From the NCBI GenBank assembly GCA_964187785.1, contig OZ076409.1, positions 18,974,001 to 19,038,000 of the forward strand: a stretch of 64,000 nt of DNA. Direction: 5' to 3'. Of the stretch, positions 12,304 to 24,555 are shown one piece after another. Origin of the DNA: Amphiscolops sp. MND2022. Taxonomy: Eukaryota. The stretch's first letter is position 1. Each line of letters begins with the position of its first letter. The translations under genes and the position numbers were made by a program. Under the pieces are notes generated by a model that ran no database searches, was not told the DNA's origin, and saw nothing but the letters and a program-made list of their open reading frames with translations.

Positions 12304-13702
12304 GGGTTAGGGACAATTTGCCGAAAGATAATTTGCCGAAAATTGACTCAGGGACAATTTGCCGAATTTTTTTCGGCAAATTGTCCCTATGAATTTGCCG
12401 AATTTTGTAGGGACAATTTGCCGAATATGCCCCCATTTCCTCTAGTGCCCCGCGGCCCCTTGGGGCCGCCTATGTTCCCATCGGGGAAACGGAAATCGGA
12501 CTAAAGAAATTGAACTAATGGAATTAGAACTAACATGCTCAAAATTTCTGAAACGTTCATGTGAAATAAAACTAATTTCGTTTTTTCTCAAACAGGAATT
12601 AGAACTAATTTGTTACAGGAATTGGAACTAAAAACAGGAATTAGAACTAATTCGTTACGGGAATAGGAACTAAAAAAGTGGGAATTAGACCTTAAATGCG
12701 GAATGAGACCCAAGGGGAGAACGGAATAGTATCTAAAGGAATAATATATAAAGTTTTTCAAAGTATAAAACGTGCCTTTGATATTTTCCCATTTCCTCTA
12801 GTGCCCCGCGGCCCCTTGGGGCCGCTTATGTTTTCATCTTGCTAAGCGAGGTCGAACAGGAGCAAAGACCTAGCGGGAACGGAGATCGCGAAGCGATCGT
12901 AGTGGGAGCTGGTCTTTGCGACGGTGAGGACGAGCGTGCATACACCGAATATGCCCCGAATTTAGAAGGGGACAGTTCTGAAAATTTTGTGAGACATTTA
13001 CGAAAGGTAAAATTTTATTCTTGAATGAAATGATTTGAGATCTGACACTTTTATAAAATCAATGGAAGGAAAAAAATAATGATTGCATTAATATATGTTG
13101 ATCAATTGTATTACGTTGCTTTTGTACTACTTTCATTGAGGTATAAGTGTCATTTCCTACTTTCATGTTCCAAGTTTCCAATTTGAATTTTGTACTATGT
13201 TTTTATCCGCTTCTGCGTTTTTTTGTTGTACCACTTTCATGTTGGGTGTTTACAATTGAACATATCGTGATTTTGTCAATTTGATCTAAGTAATTGCAAA
13301 TTTTCCGTGCCAAAAATTGTTTTAGTCTTATTTCAATTAGTCCTATTTCCATTAGTTCTAAGGCGGCACTAAAAAAGAATTAGTCCTATTTCCATTAGTC
13401 CTATTTCAGTTTTGATTATTAGTCCTATTTCATTAGTCCGAATTCCTGTCTCCCGTTCCCATCTTGCTAAGCGAGGTCGAACAGGAGCAAAGACCTAGCG
13501 GGAACGGAGATCGCGAAGCGATCGTAGTGGGAGCTGGTCTTTGCGACGGTGAGAGCAAGCGTGCATACACCGTATATGACCCCATATTAGGTGAGGAAAC
13601 CCAATTTGCCGAATGTCAGGGACAATTTGCCGAAAAAAATTCGGCAAATTGTCCCTGAGTCAATTTTCGGCAAATTGTCTTTCGGCAAATTGTCCCGTAT
13701 CC
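12304..13702. mobile_element. Outer non-autonomous Mutator-like element
   Basis: ~100-bp TIRs built of GGGACAATTTGCCGAA repeats, with G termini. 9-bp TSD GAAAATTAC at 12295-12303 and 13703-13711; removing the element restores the LINE frame. Confidence 0.88.
12483..13454. mobile_element. Inner non-autonomous Mutator-like element nested in the outer one
   Basis: TIRs GGGGAAACGGAAATCGGACTAA / TTAGTCCGAATTCCTGTCTCCC with subterminal GGAATTAGAACTAA-type repeats. 9-bp TSD GTTCCCATC at 12474-12482 and 13455-13463. Confidence 0.85.
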
Positions 13703-15657
13703 GAAAATTACAGACCAGTTGCACTGAACTCGCGTTTCATTAAAATTTTTGAAACGGTTTTACACAAAAATCTGGCGCATCACTTTGAAGAAGCGAATGC
13801 TTCCAACGTTCTCACCATGGGTTCAGGAGAGGTAGGTCGTGTCTCAGCCAACTCCCCGCTCACCATAATGAAGTGTTAGAGAACCTAGAAAATAGTAGCA
13901 ATGTTGATGTCATTTACCTTGACTTTGCTAAAGCCTTTGATAAAGTTGATTTCAACGTACTACTGCTAAAATTAGAAAACATTGGAGTGAAAAGCAAATT
14001 ACACAATTGGATCAAATCTTTCATTACAGAAAGAACGCAACCTGTTGTAGTGAAAGAGTATAAATCCACAGCAGTAAACGTAACTTCTGGAGTTCCACAA
14101 GGTAGTGTGCTGGGACCCCTTCTTTTTCTCGTCCTCATGATGGACTTTGACAAAAACTTGAAATTTTCAATACTCAAAAGTTTCGCTGATGACACTGAGT
14201 TACAAAAAGAATCAAAGACGAAGAAGATGGAAAAGCCCTCCAACTGGATCTGGAAGAAGTCTATGAGTGGGCTGGAGAGAAACATGGAATTTAACAGCCT
14301 GAGGTTTGAACTTCTGCGCTACGGTGTTGATGATGAAATAAAAACCAAACGCAATATTTAAATAGTATCAGAACCATCATTGAAGAAAATCATGTAGTAC
14401 GTGATCTTGGAATAACTATGAGCCACGATGTCACCTTCACGGCATACATTGAGACTATTGTCTCCAAAGCTCAATCAATTATTTCATCAATATTCCGATG
14501 CTTCAAAACCCGAACACCTGAAGTAATGATATAACTTTGGAAATCGCTTGTAATCCCACATTTAGACTACTGTTGCCAATTGTGGAGTCCCAAAAGGAAA
14601 GGTGAGATCAACAAGCTGGAGATCCTACAAAAGAACTTTACCTTCCGCATCGCTGCAGTAAATAAGTTTGATTACTGGGAGCGACTACAGAAATTCCGGC
14701 TACATTCCCTGGAAAGATACAAAATTTGGTGCCAAACATCACCACAGAATGCATTCGAAGCACACTGAAACCCAGAATGGGTAGACTATGCATCGTTCCT
14801 ACAATCAATCGGAAAGCGAGAGTCCGAGTCAAGACCCTTAAATCATCAAATTTCGTCATCAATGGTCCGAAACTGTTCAATTTCTTTCCATCGCACCTAA
14901 GAAACATGACGAACTGCGGTCTAGAGTTGTTTAAATTAGAGTTAGATCGATTTCTTGAACTGCTTCCAGATAAGCTCTTGGTACCCGGATACACCAGCAG
15001 GAGAAATCATGCAACTAACAGCTTGATATACGTTACCCTGTCCCAGACAGCTCACCCCTATATTGGAGAGATCAAATCACTGGACAGAGGCGCAAATGGC
15101 GGTCCTTGACAAAGGATCACCAGTCAGCGTGAGCTGAGAAAGCCCTTCAAACAAATTGTTTACTGGACCGCTCAATATCCATAGAAATGTTCATCACCTA
15201 CCGTCTTCAGTGAGCTCTTTAATGGTTTCAGCTCCTGGAGAACAAGTGCATGCAAAAACAACGAAAACCAAACTTTCAGCTACGAAACAAAAAATCAATA
15301 GTGTCTTGTCAGAGTCAAAACTCAGAATGGTCAAATACTTGAAGTGCAATAAATGCACCCTCTAAGACTTTTAATGCGAATACTGATTAGTCAAGGAACT
15401 CGAAGTTCTCATGTTCCATCTAGAAACAAAGACAAATTTTGTGCGGGGCTGTTTAGTCTTTAGAGCGAAGACACCTATAGCAACCTCTAATTTGGTTAAT
15501 CAGTCTAGACGGGTTGCTTAAGTATCGGAGCTAAGGTGTAATATGGAAAAACAATATCAATGTTAGACAATAAAATGACAATTGGAACGTTTTCATCCAA
15601 ACACGGATCATCTTCAGCATAATTTTTAAAAAATGGCACTGTTTACAGGAAGGAATG

Positions 15658-15868
15658 TGTTAGGGCCTGAACTCCTTCTGATCGTTGCTGGGTTCTCTTA
15701 TAATAGATCGATTATTGTCATTACTTTATTTTGGGATGTGTGTTGAGAAAGTGATTCAGTCAAGTGAAGATGTTCACAAACAACAAACATAAACTAAATT
15801 AGTTCAGTCTGGTATAGTCTGAGTTATTTCACCTCCAATGGTCCTTTGACCTTCTTCGATCTCTAACA
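15658..15868 (-). mobile_element. Short (211 bp) 3' LTR remnant with an adjacent polypurine tract
   Basis: TGTTAG...CTAACA termini. On the minus strand a purine run (GAGCGGGGG) directly precedes the TG, and an AATAAA lies inside. No TSD found. Confidence 0.5.
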
Positions 15869-16169
15869 CCCCCGCTCGATGAGAGTTTCCGAGGGTTGTT
15901 GGTCGTTGATGATGTCGAACCACTGTGTTTGACAATCTGTCGTATTAAGGCAGCGGTTGAGAGGGCTCTACCCATCAGTTGAAGAGAGGTTGAAAGTCGT
16001 CGTAGTCGTAGTTGTAACAAGACTATTCAATACAACAATTTTAGGTTCAAATCCAATCTCAATCCTGCTTTTGACTTTGACTTTCTTCTGCAATAGCCAG
16101 TAAAAAGTCTTAATATGGGAGCGCGTTACATTTCATTGATCATTTCTAGTCTTTTCACTTGTTTTTCAG

Positions 16170-17825
16170 ATGGCAGATGTGCATGTAGTGGAAGACAACG
16201 ACGAGAAATCTTCAAATGGAGCAGAAGCAGGTCCAAGTACGTCACCGATACTGGTTGTGTTCGGCTTGTGCGATACAAAAAGCTCGGACGTGCATGAGTT
16301 CTTTCTCGTTCAAATTGTGAATGGACAAAAACGGATGTCAGAAAGTGCATCATGTGTTCCACCATAGTGAAGCGGCCGAATTCCAGAACCATTGCACTTC
16401 ATCGACACAAAGTTATGTAGGAAAAAAACAGGATATGAAGCGACCAGCAGACCAATGGGCATTGCAGTATCCAGTTGCAAAGATTGAGAAAAAATAGGTC
16501 TTAACAAAGACTGCAGACTTGTGTATAAGGACGGTTTTGCAATCACAGCTGTCGTGAATTCCGAAACTACAAAAGATGTTCAAATCACTCAACTACAGCA
16601 GAGCTACATACAACAGTCTCAAAGTATCACTGGAAGAGACCTATCAAGCAGTGTTTGCAAAGATCAAGAAATTTGTTGCCGAACGCTAACGAAAGCAGGT
16701 GGTCGTAATATCCTTCGATAAATGGACTTCCCAAGACTATACGAAGTACATCGGAGTTTATCTCTACGTTCCAAGTTTGAGCATCTCTCTTGGGCTCGTA
16801 CATTATACAGGCACACAGGCACATGCGGAGCCGATGAAGTTTCCGTTAAATTGAAGAACATCCTTGCGCTCTATGATTTGTTGCCATCAGATATCATTGT
16901 TTGTGTAACCGTTTGTGGTTCCGATGTACAAAAAGTCTCAGATTTTATGGGTTGGTCCATGTCTGGCCCATGTTGTTAACTTAATGGTTAAAAAGTTGAT
17001 TTCCATTATTGATAAAGAATCTGACACTGATTTTGATGGAAATAAAGAAAACGACGAACCCCAGACTGGGTACTTTATCGAAAAAGTACGAAACGCAGTT
17101 AATTCACTTCATGAAAACAAGAGACACGACTGGTTGCTTGCCATTCAATTAGGAAGCAATCTGAGCGTTAATAAAGGGAACTGCACTCGTTGGAACTCTC
17201 TTTCATCCATGATGAAGAGATTCATTGAACTGAAAAACTACATTCCAATGGCGCTGACTGAGGACGAATTTCCGGCCGCTTTCAATTGGGACAAACTTCA
17301 GCATTTATGTAACATTTTAGAGCTCTTGAAGATCGTTACAATGGATTTACAAAACATGCATGCTGACGCGGAATTAGCCATTTGGGTAATCAGGTGTTTG
17401 CGCCGTTTCTCCAGCTCAATAACTGCAATGAAGTCAGCAATTTTCTCTGTATTATCTAAGTGGGTTGATAGCAATTCAATTGTTGACGCCATTTACATAA
17501 ATCGGGTGGTTTTTATATTTTGGTAAAACAAAATGTACAAGTGGGCACTGGGCAGTTGGTACAACCTGCTTTAAGCGATCGTATATATCTGCAGTCCTCC
17601 ATTATTTCATTCGCCGATTGTAATCAAGAAATAAAAGTCTCAAAATTTGATGTAAAAGGGTACATGAAGAACTTTCGAGCCACTTCAGTTGATACGGAAC
17701 AATTACTTTCAATTTCTCGGATCTCTGAAAACTACCTTCAATGTCACTCGACAAAGGAAAATCATCACCGAAATGTGTTCTTGCGTAAAAATGAGCACTT
17801 ATTCTATGAACAATTTGTTCAATAA
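16170..17825 (+). pseudogene. Decayed hAT-superfamily transposase
   Basis: BED-like KSSDVHEFF, PCLAHVVNLMV (CxxH), CTRWNSL, and C-terminal ATSVDTEQLLS (cf. ATSxxxERxFS). Several frameshifts. Confidence 0.75.
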
Positions 17826-17989
17826 ATTGTTCGCTCGTTTTCTTTTTCGTTTATCCAATAAATGTTACATAAACCATTGTTTTAGATTAATCAGTTAAAG
17901 GTAGTTTAGATTGTCACCACACAACAAAACAGGCGTGTCCACCGTCATCAAGCAGAAGAATGTGAGCTACACTTGCAAATAGACTGCTT

Positions 17990-19280
17990 CCTGTGCAGCC
18001 AATGTTGTGTCTGGTATCCTTCTTGGTTCACCGCTCGGCCTGAATTCACAAGCAGACATATTGGAAAAGAAAATCAATGAACTGGAAAAATTATTGGAAT
18101 TGTTGAAGAGCTAGATGCCCACTTTGGATTTTTTATGTTGAAAGATTGCTTCAGTCTGCCAAAGTTGTTGTACTTTCTGAGAACCAGTATATGTTTTCAT
18201 CACCCAGCTCTCTTGAAAAAGTATGACAAAACCGTACGCAACGGGCTTTCCAAAGTGTGTAACGTGAACTTCGCCAATCTTTCGACTACTCAGCTGGCTC
18301 TGCCCGCTGAAATGGGTGGTCTTGGGGTGTCATTCGCATCATTAATAGCACTTTCCGCCTTTTCGGACTCAGCTTTTGGTGCGAGTAACTTTCTGACGAC
18401 GATTTTTTCGGAAACATTCGAAGATGTTTCATTTACAAAAGCGCTTGAGAAATGGTTGAGTTTGATGAGAGAACAGGAAAGTCCTCTCAATGGACCCCAG
18501 AAAAATTGGACACAACCTGTTTTGTCAAACCCGCACAATAATTGATTTATAGAATGGATGACAACTGTTCGAAAGTTTTTATAGCTCATCAAGGCAAATT
18601 CGGGTCTCAATGGCTGAACGTCGTTCCTTGTAAAAACCTAGGCCTGAAAGTTGATGATCAGCAACTTCGGATTTCAATTGGTTTACATCTCGGAGCCATT
18701 ATTTGCGTTGCGCATACGAGCCACTGTGGTAAAAGACTTGAACGGGACGGTTTACACGGTCTTTCTTTCACCAAGAGTACTGGTCTCTTCTCACGTCATG
18801 CTACTCTCAATTCTCTCATAAAGCAGACGTTGGGATCTCTCGACTTGCCTTCATTGCTCGAACCGCGTGGACTGTACCAAACCGATGGCAAACGCCCAGA
18901 CGGTGTTATCATGACTCCTTGGGAAATGCGTAAACAGCTGGTGTGGGATGTCACGGTTGTGGATGCTCTTGCACCCAATCGCCTGAATCAAGTCTCTTTA
19001 TGCAACTCGGGAACCACCGCCACCGAGGCTGAAGTGCGTAAAATGGAAAAGTATCGCGAATTATTAGGCAATGGATACATTTTTCAACTGTTGACCTTGG
19101 AAGTATAGGGTTCTCCAGACGAAAGCAGTGAAATTTTCATCACGCGTCTCTGTAAAATGTTCTGTCGTTCGCACAACGATCAACGTGCTGGCAGCTTTTT
19201 GAAGCAGGTGATTTCAATGGCTCTTCAGATCGGCAATGCGGCCTGTGTTCTAGGAATTGTGAGCGACAGAGATGCGTTCA
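17990..19280 (+). mobile_element. 3' part of a CRE-clade non-LTR retrotransposon with a restriction-like endonuclease
   Basis: SLPKLLYFLRTS, QLALPAEMGGLG, WLNVVP, CGKRLERDGLH..RHATLN, KRPDG..PW..QLVWDVTVVD, EAEVRKMEKY, ISMALQIGNAACVLG. Confidence 0.85.
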
Positions 19281-19689
19281 AAGAAATTTATTACATATAG
19301 TTTATATTTTTAAAAACAAAACCTCTACATCAATGCAGCCTTAAAATTTTCTACCAGTCGATTGAGATAGTGGCTGGTATGAGTAGTTTGTTGGTTAGTA
19401 TTTTTCTTACAGGTCTACTGGGATAGTGGCTAGTATGGGGTTCCCTACGTTCGTTGCAGACCACGGGTGTGTGTCTTCTCCCCACAAAATGATGATACAC
19501 ATGGCACTTGAGTAATGACGAATATCCATGATATCTGATAGAGGGAATAGAAGAAGAAAAAAATGTCCTTCAATGGTCCTTTGACCTTCATTGGTCTCTA
19601 ACAGAATGTAAACGAAAAAGGAAAACAAACTAAGGAGAGAACAGACGAACGAAATTAAGAGACGATAGATGTAGCTACGACAAGCTAAT

Positions 19690-20270
19690 TAGTATTGTCA
19701 GCTGTCTCTGAGGGAACTCCTCGCGCTGGTTGAGGACCGGCCTCCTCCTGACGATATGTAACGCCTCCAAGATCAAAAGTTTATTGCTATCAAGGTAACT
19801 GTCAATGATATCTGCAGTCACCATGATCTTTTCCACCCAAACAACTCTTTAAACGCATCCCCAAAGGTGAAGAATTTTTCAAATGCTCGGCGAGTCGGGT
19901 CGTAAAATAACAACCGTGATCCTTCAGACTTGGGAGACAAGATTTCAACTTTTTGGTTGTGATTACTGTGCTGACCTCTTTTGATCGTAGATTTATGGCA
20001 GACACATCACTCTCTCGGCCACGGTACTCCATAAAGAGAACTGGTTCCTTATCTTTTGAGTTCTTGGGTTTATTCCGAGAGACATGCCTGACCTCAGATG
20101 AGGTTACGGTTTTCTCGATGATACTACGGACGATAACTTGGTAGTAGGAAGGCGGATATTGCTTAGCTACCCATATTTTCTTTGCCTCTTTATAACCCTC
20201 ATGGAAAGAATTCCAGTTTGATGTCGCTTGATTGATCCTGTGCAGGGTTCATTCCACGATATTTCGATTG
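19690..20270 (-). mobile_element. Penelope-like element fragment (RT C-terminus plus GIY-YIG endonuclease)
   Basis: TLHRINQATSNWNSFHEGYKEAKKIW..QYPP, YRGRES, TTKKLKSCLPSLK, TTRLAEHLK, LLILEALHI..RPVLNQREE. Confidence 0.7.
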
Positions 20271-20279
20271 TATCGGTTT

Positions 20280-23200
20280 GGCGCAACCATGCGGAAAGAA
20301 AGTTCTAAACCAGTGTCTGTTGGATTGGAATACCAGGCAGTGGAAATTCGGTTATCACGTCTTATATCCGACCAACATATTCAAGAATGGGAGCGACTTT
20401 TCAGATTCCAATTCAATTGTAAGCTCCAAACTATTGGAAGAAACTTACAAACAGTATCGAAAATAGGATAGAATTCGCCAATTTGTTTCCCCTTAAACGA
20501 ATTGTGTGTGCATTCAACACTGTCAGAGGCAATATTCACCTGGAATTATACAGTAGCCAGGAAGCAGAAGAAGCACCTGGCATAAAAGCATTCTCGGTAA
20601 CAATACATCAATCAGAAAACCCGCCTCCCCTGAGCAGCCTAATGAATCGGTTCTTGTGAGAGGTGTCCCCACGGAAATTTCAGAAGAAACAAACACTGAC
20701 AATCTTGCTCAGGAATTTTCCAACGTTAAAGCCACCTGTTTTATCAAGCGAGATAAAACAGCCTTGGGAATGGTTAGATAAACATTTTTCAGCAGAAGAT
20801 GCCGCAAAAGCATTAAACCAAAGGTTTTTTGACCATCTTTTCTACCGACCTTCGTACTTCATACAACAATGAGTTAAAATCTTTACATGTTATAATTGCC
20901 AGAAATTTAGACACGTGAGCGCGAACTGCAAATTTGAAAAACATTGCGGACACCTTAGCCAGAAACATCACGGATTGTCCGAACAAACATCTTGACCCTA
21001 CGTGTGCAAACTGCGGTAATAATCATCAGACTGACTCATTTGTTTGCCAATTACACCTGAACCAAGCTCAAAAAGTCTATAACGCAAGGGATATTCCTGT
21101 CCCCAAATCTTTCATGAAAGCATTAGAAAACAACAATGAAACAGAAAACGGCTACATTTGTACAATACAATCTGTGGTATAAGTGAACATAGTAAAACGG
21201 CGCTTGAAAAAAATTCTAGATGAGAAACGTCCCTTCTTCGTTTGTCTCAACGAATCAAAAAAAATTGAGTTCTGACTTCTTTGAAAACCCTCCACACGTA
21301 AGGTTCTCAGATTGGAAACTCTGGTGGATTGGCGCGTTCAGTTTAACACGATATCCCTTATGCAAGAATCAAAGACCTCGAATGCCCAGTTTTAGACAAC
21401 GTCGGTATTTTGGGCTTTCTCGGAAGACTCAAACTCTTGATAGCTACTGCTTATATCAGACCAAATAGCATAAACTGCCTTAAGTCATTCCTTCAACAGC
21501 TGGAAGCAGCCCAACAATTCATTAAAATTAATCAACTTGACAGTTTTATTTACTTGGGGTGACTCTACTAACAATCTTCATGGCCTAGAACTTTACAACC
21601 ATTTACCATATGAATTCTCCGTTATTAACTATGGTGACCCTACTTTTGTCTCATCTAACGGGAACAGCATCATTGACATAAATATAGTCAGTGGAAAATT
21701 GGCCAAACACAATTTTTTAAAACTCAGTTGCGACTACGACGTTGAACTCTTCACTGGAGCACGTCGACGAGGTTACCTGCCTGTTCTACTTGACATCTCT
21801 CCCTTGGAGTACGCTAAGGTAGTTAATGACTGATCGTGGTTAGAAAAAGCTGATTGGGCCGGTTGGACAAATTTACTTGAAAAATTTAGCGAAGACTTAA
21901 TAGAAATCGAGGAACGTAACGAAATTTGATCAGGAATCAAGCAGTCAATAAGTGAAACTTCGGATAAATTCATTCCAACTAAAAATCATGCCACCACAGT
22001 AGGCCCTCCTGGAACGCTTTTCTATCCGCGGCTAGTAGAGAGGTAAGGAAACGTCGTTAACAGTTCAGATTATAATCAAACTTTTCTAATGGTCTAGCGC
22101 TGAACACAACCAAAGGGCACTTCAAAACTTCGCTTTTCCCCGGAAGCTTCAAATTGTATGAAAAGTTTTTTTGCGAGAATTTGGTTACAAAAGAGGCAAA
22201 ATTTCTGGAAGACCTACAACAGGCTATATAAAAAGAACAATGGTAATATTGGTGCCATCCGTACTTCCTCGGATCAACTTGCTTGCAAGGAATCAGAGAT
22301 TGCCGATGAATTCCGTAAAGCTTTTTTTCGAAGATAAACACCTTCCCCCTCAAAAATTGACGAAGATCAAAATGAATACGTGAAAAGAGAAAATTTAGTC
22401 AATTTGCAATGAATGAACATAATGATGACCTTTTTGAAGATGAAAAAACCATATCTGAACTAGAACAAGCTCTCAAATAACTTACCTACTGTGTCCTTCG
22501 ACACTGACAACTTACATTTTTTGATACTGAAATGTTTGGACTCCCGAGTCAAGCTAGCTGACCTTCATCTATTCAACAATTGCTAGGCCGAGGGCATCTG
22601 GTTTTGGAACGTATCAAAAGTTATCTCATCAGAAAATCAAACAAAAAATCAAACTCTGAATGTTCTAGTTTCCGACCACTGACAATTTCTAGTCACATGG
22701 GGATTGACGGACTTTACAATCGAGTACTTCATCTTGGTGTATCTGGAAAAATGCTACACATTATCAACATTTCATCCGAAGCAGAAAACTGTTATTACTT
22801 TTGAGCAACTTCAAATCGAAACGCTTTGTAACAACGACAGGGCTCCCCCAGTGCAGTGTAATATCGCCTCTTCTATTGTTTATCTACATCAACGATTTTT
22901 TGGCGACACATTCAAATTTGCTGACGATACATATTTTTTAGTTATGGGCAAAGTCCTTGAAGACTTCCAAGTTCGGTTGAACTTGGCCTGTAGAGAAATT
23001 GAATCATGAATCGAAAATGGAGAATGGTGGTCAACGGATCCGGAACCGAATTGATGCTGCTAAACTGTGAGGCGTGTGCAATCAACCTTTCTACGATAAA
23101 TTCTGATACACGTGCACTCGTATCGACCACAAAATCTATTGGTCTTACCATCGAAAATAAGCTGATATACCAGGAAAACTTGGAAACGGTCACGGTCAAA

Positions 23201-23770
23201 GCAGCAAGAAAATGGCGCATCATACGGAGCAAATGTGCCGACCAATGGGGTTTCAGCATCCCAACTCTGATCCTACTTTACAAAACAGTTACTATGCCTC
23301 AAATAATATAAACCGCACCAACCTGGGGACAAAAAAAAACATCTCCGATCTTAATAAGTCTCAGATCAACATAATTCGATCAATATTCAGGCATGTATTA
23401 AAAAATTCAGAGGGTTGTACCTTTCTTGTACAACCCTATGGCTCTACAGTCAATCCCTTGGTAAACGGCCACCCGTGGGAAGCAAATAAGTTATGCCAAT
23501 TTCTTTCCGTCAATTCTCCATAATATAATGAACTTTCGTGGGAATTGTATAATCGTGCATCACCCATGTGCTCCTGTGGTTTATTTGAAGAAAATGCTTA
23601 CCACTTTTTCCTCAGTTGTTCCCTGCATGACATTTGCAGGCCCATAGGCTGCAAAATCCTAACTTTTCGAGACCGAAGGCTGCATTTCCTTCAACATTTT
23701 CATTCTAAAAACCAAAAAACTGCAACAAACCACAAAGGTTTTGGCTGCTAAACTATAAATACTATTGTTA
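20280..23770 (+). mobile_element. Heavily decayed I/Jockey-group LINE (ORF1 zinc knuckles; ORF2 APE, RT and C-terminal zinc motif)
   Basis: CYNCQKFRHVSANC and CANCGNNH..C near 20890-21050; PTFVSSNGNSIIDI (APE); SSFRPLTISS; FKFADD; PMCSCG..ENAYHFFLSC. Confidence 0.72.
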
Positions 23771-23851
23771 TCCCAGTTACAAATGTTTGGTTCAACATTC
23801 GCCTTCAAATAGGGACTTAATTTAGATGTATATATAGTAAACTCCAAATTT

Positions 23852-24480
23852 CTATGTTAACAGAATTGCTAACTTGTTAACAGAATTCAGAATAGATCCA
23901 ACACATGAACAAACGATTGTCCTTTTTACGTCATCCATGAAGCGTGCAAAAGTTTTTCCCTTCCTAGGCCGTTCTGGGCTGCAACCACACATCCAATAGC
24001 ACATGATTGCCTCTTTGATTTGTTGAATTGTAAACCCAGTGCACTTTCGGTGGTACCAACGGCCATATACGTCACAACCAACCGAGTATCCCGAATTACC
24101 CACTTTCTTCCCACATTTCCCACAAGGATAACTGTTAGTTGCTGGATTGAACTGTGTTTAGGGGAAATGTCCATTGAAATGTGTCCTTCAAAGCATTCCA
24201 CTGATATAATGACAAGCATAACAGACAACGCTGAACTCATTGCAACCCATCATTTTGAATGAACCATTTGCCATTTGACAAAATGGTAACATTGGTAACA
24301 AACAATCTGATTATTCTTTTGAAAGGCGACCTGGTTGTTAAAGCAAAACTTGCGAAAATTATATCTTTCTCTGTTGTTGTGCAGTACATTTCTTCCACAG
24401 TCCACAAAAACGCAAAATGTCGTCCATAAACCAAGGTGCAGTAATCTCTTCTGGAAACTTCCCCGAGATAAATACATTGA
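23852..24480 (-). pseudogene. Decayed Cys-rich / PHD-finger coding fragment, probably transposon-derived
   Basis: SVGCDVYGRWYHRKCTG...YWMCGC resembles the second half of a PHD finger; frameshifted. Confidence 0.35.
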
Positions 24481-24494
24481 TGGCAAAAACAGGG

Positions 24495-24555
24495 AACAAG
24501 TCGGGAACGGCCCAAGTCGGCGTCATATCTAAAGCTCAATAATTTTCAGAGAAAA
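24495..24555 (+). repeat. Terminus of a dispersed repeat family; second copy inverted at 49330-49386
   Basis: AACAAGTCGGGAACGGCCCAAGTCGGCGTCATATCTAAAGCTCAA matches the reverse complement of 49330-49386 (AACAAGACGGGAACGTCCCAAGTCGGCGCCATATCTTAGGCTCAA). Confidence 0.75.

Larger units (their letters stand above)
12170..15150 (+). mobile_element. 5'-truncated, frameshifted CR1/L2-group LINE (RT domain), interrupted at 12304-13702
   Basis: ALITPIFKGKSKVDAENY|RPVAL joins across the insertion; HGFRRGRSCLSQL, VDVIYLDFAKAFDKVD, SGVPQGSVLGPLLFL, FADDT, LDYCCQLWSP, GPKLFNFFP..FKLELDRFL. Confidence 0.88.

Noticed and set aside
12304..12720. CRISPR-like short repeats
   Set aside because: These are subterminal repeats of TIR elements with irregular spacing and inverted partners. 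There are no unique spacers or cas genes, and the context is eukaryotic.
12839..13658. Duplicated MLSEVEQEQRP... ORFs as genes
   Set aside because: They start at TTG inside a repeated non-coding module and diverge right after it.
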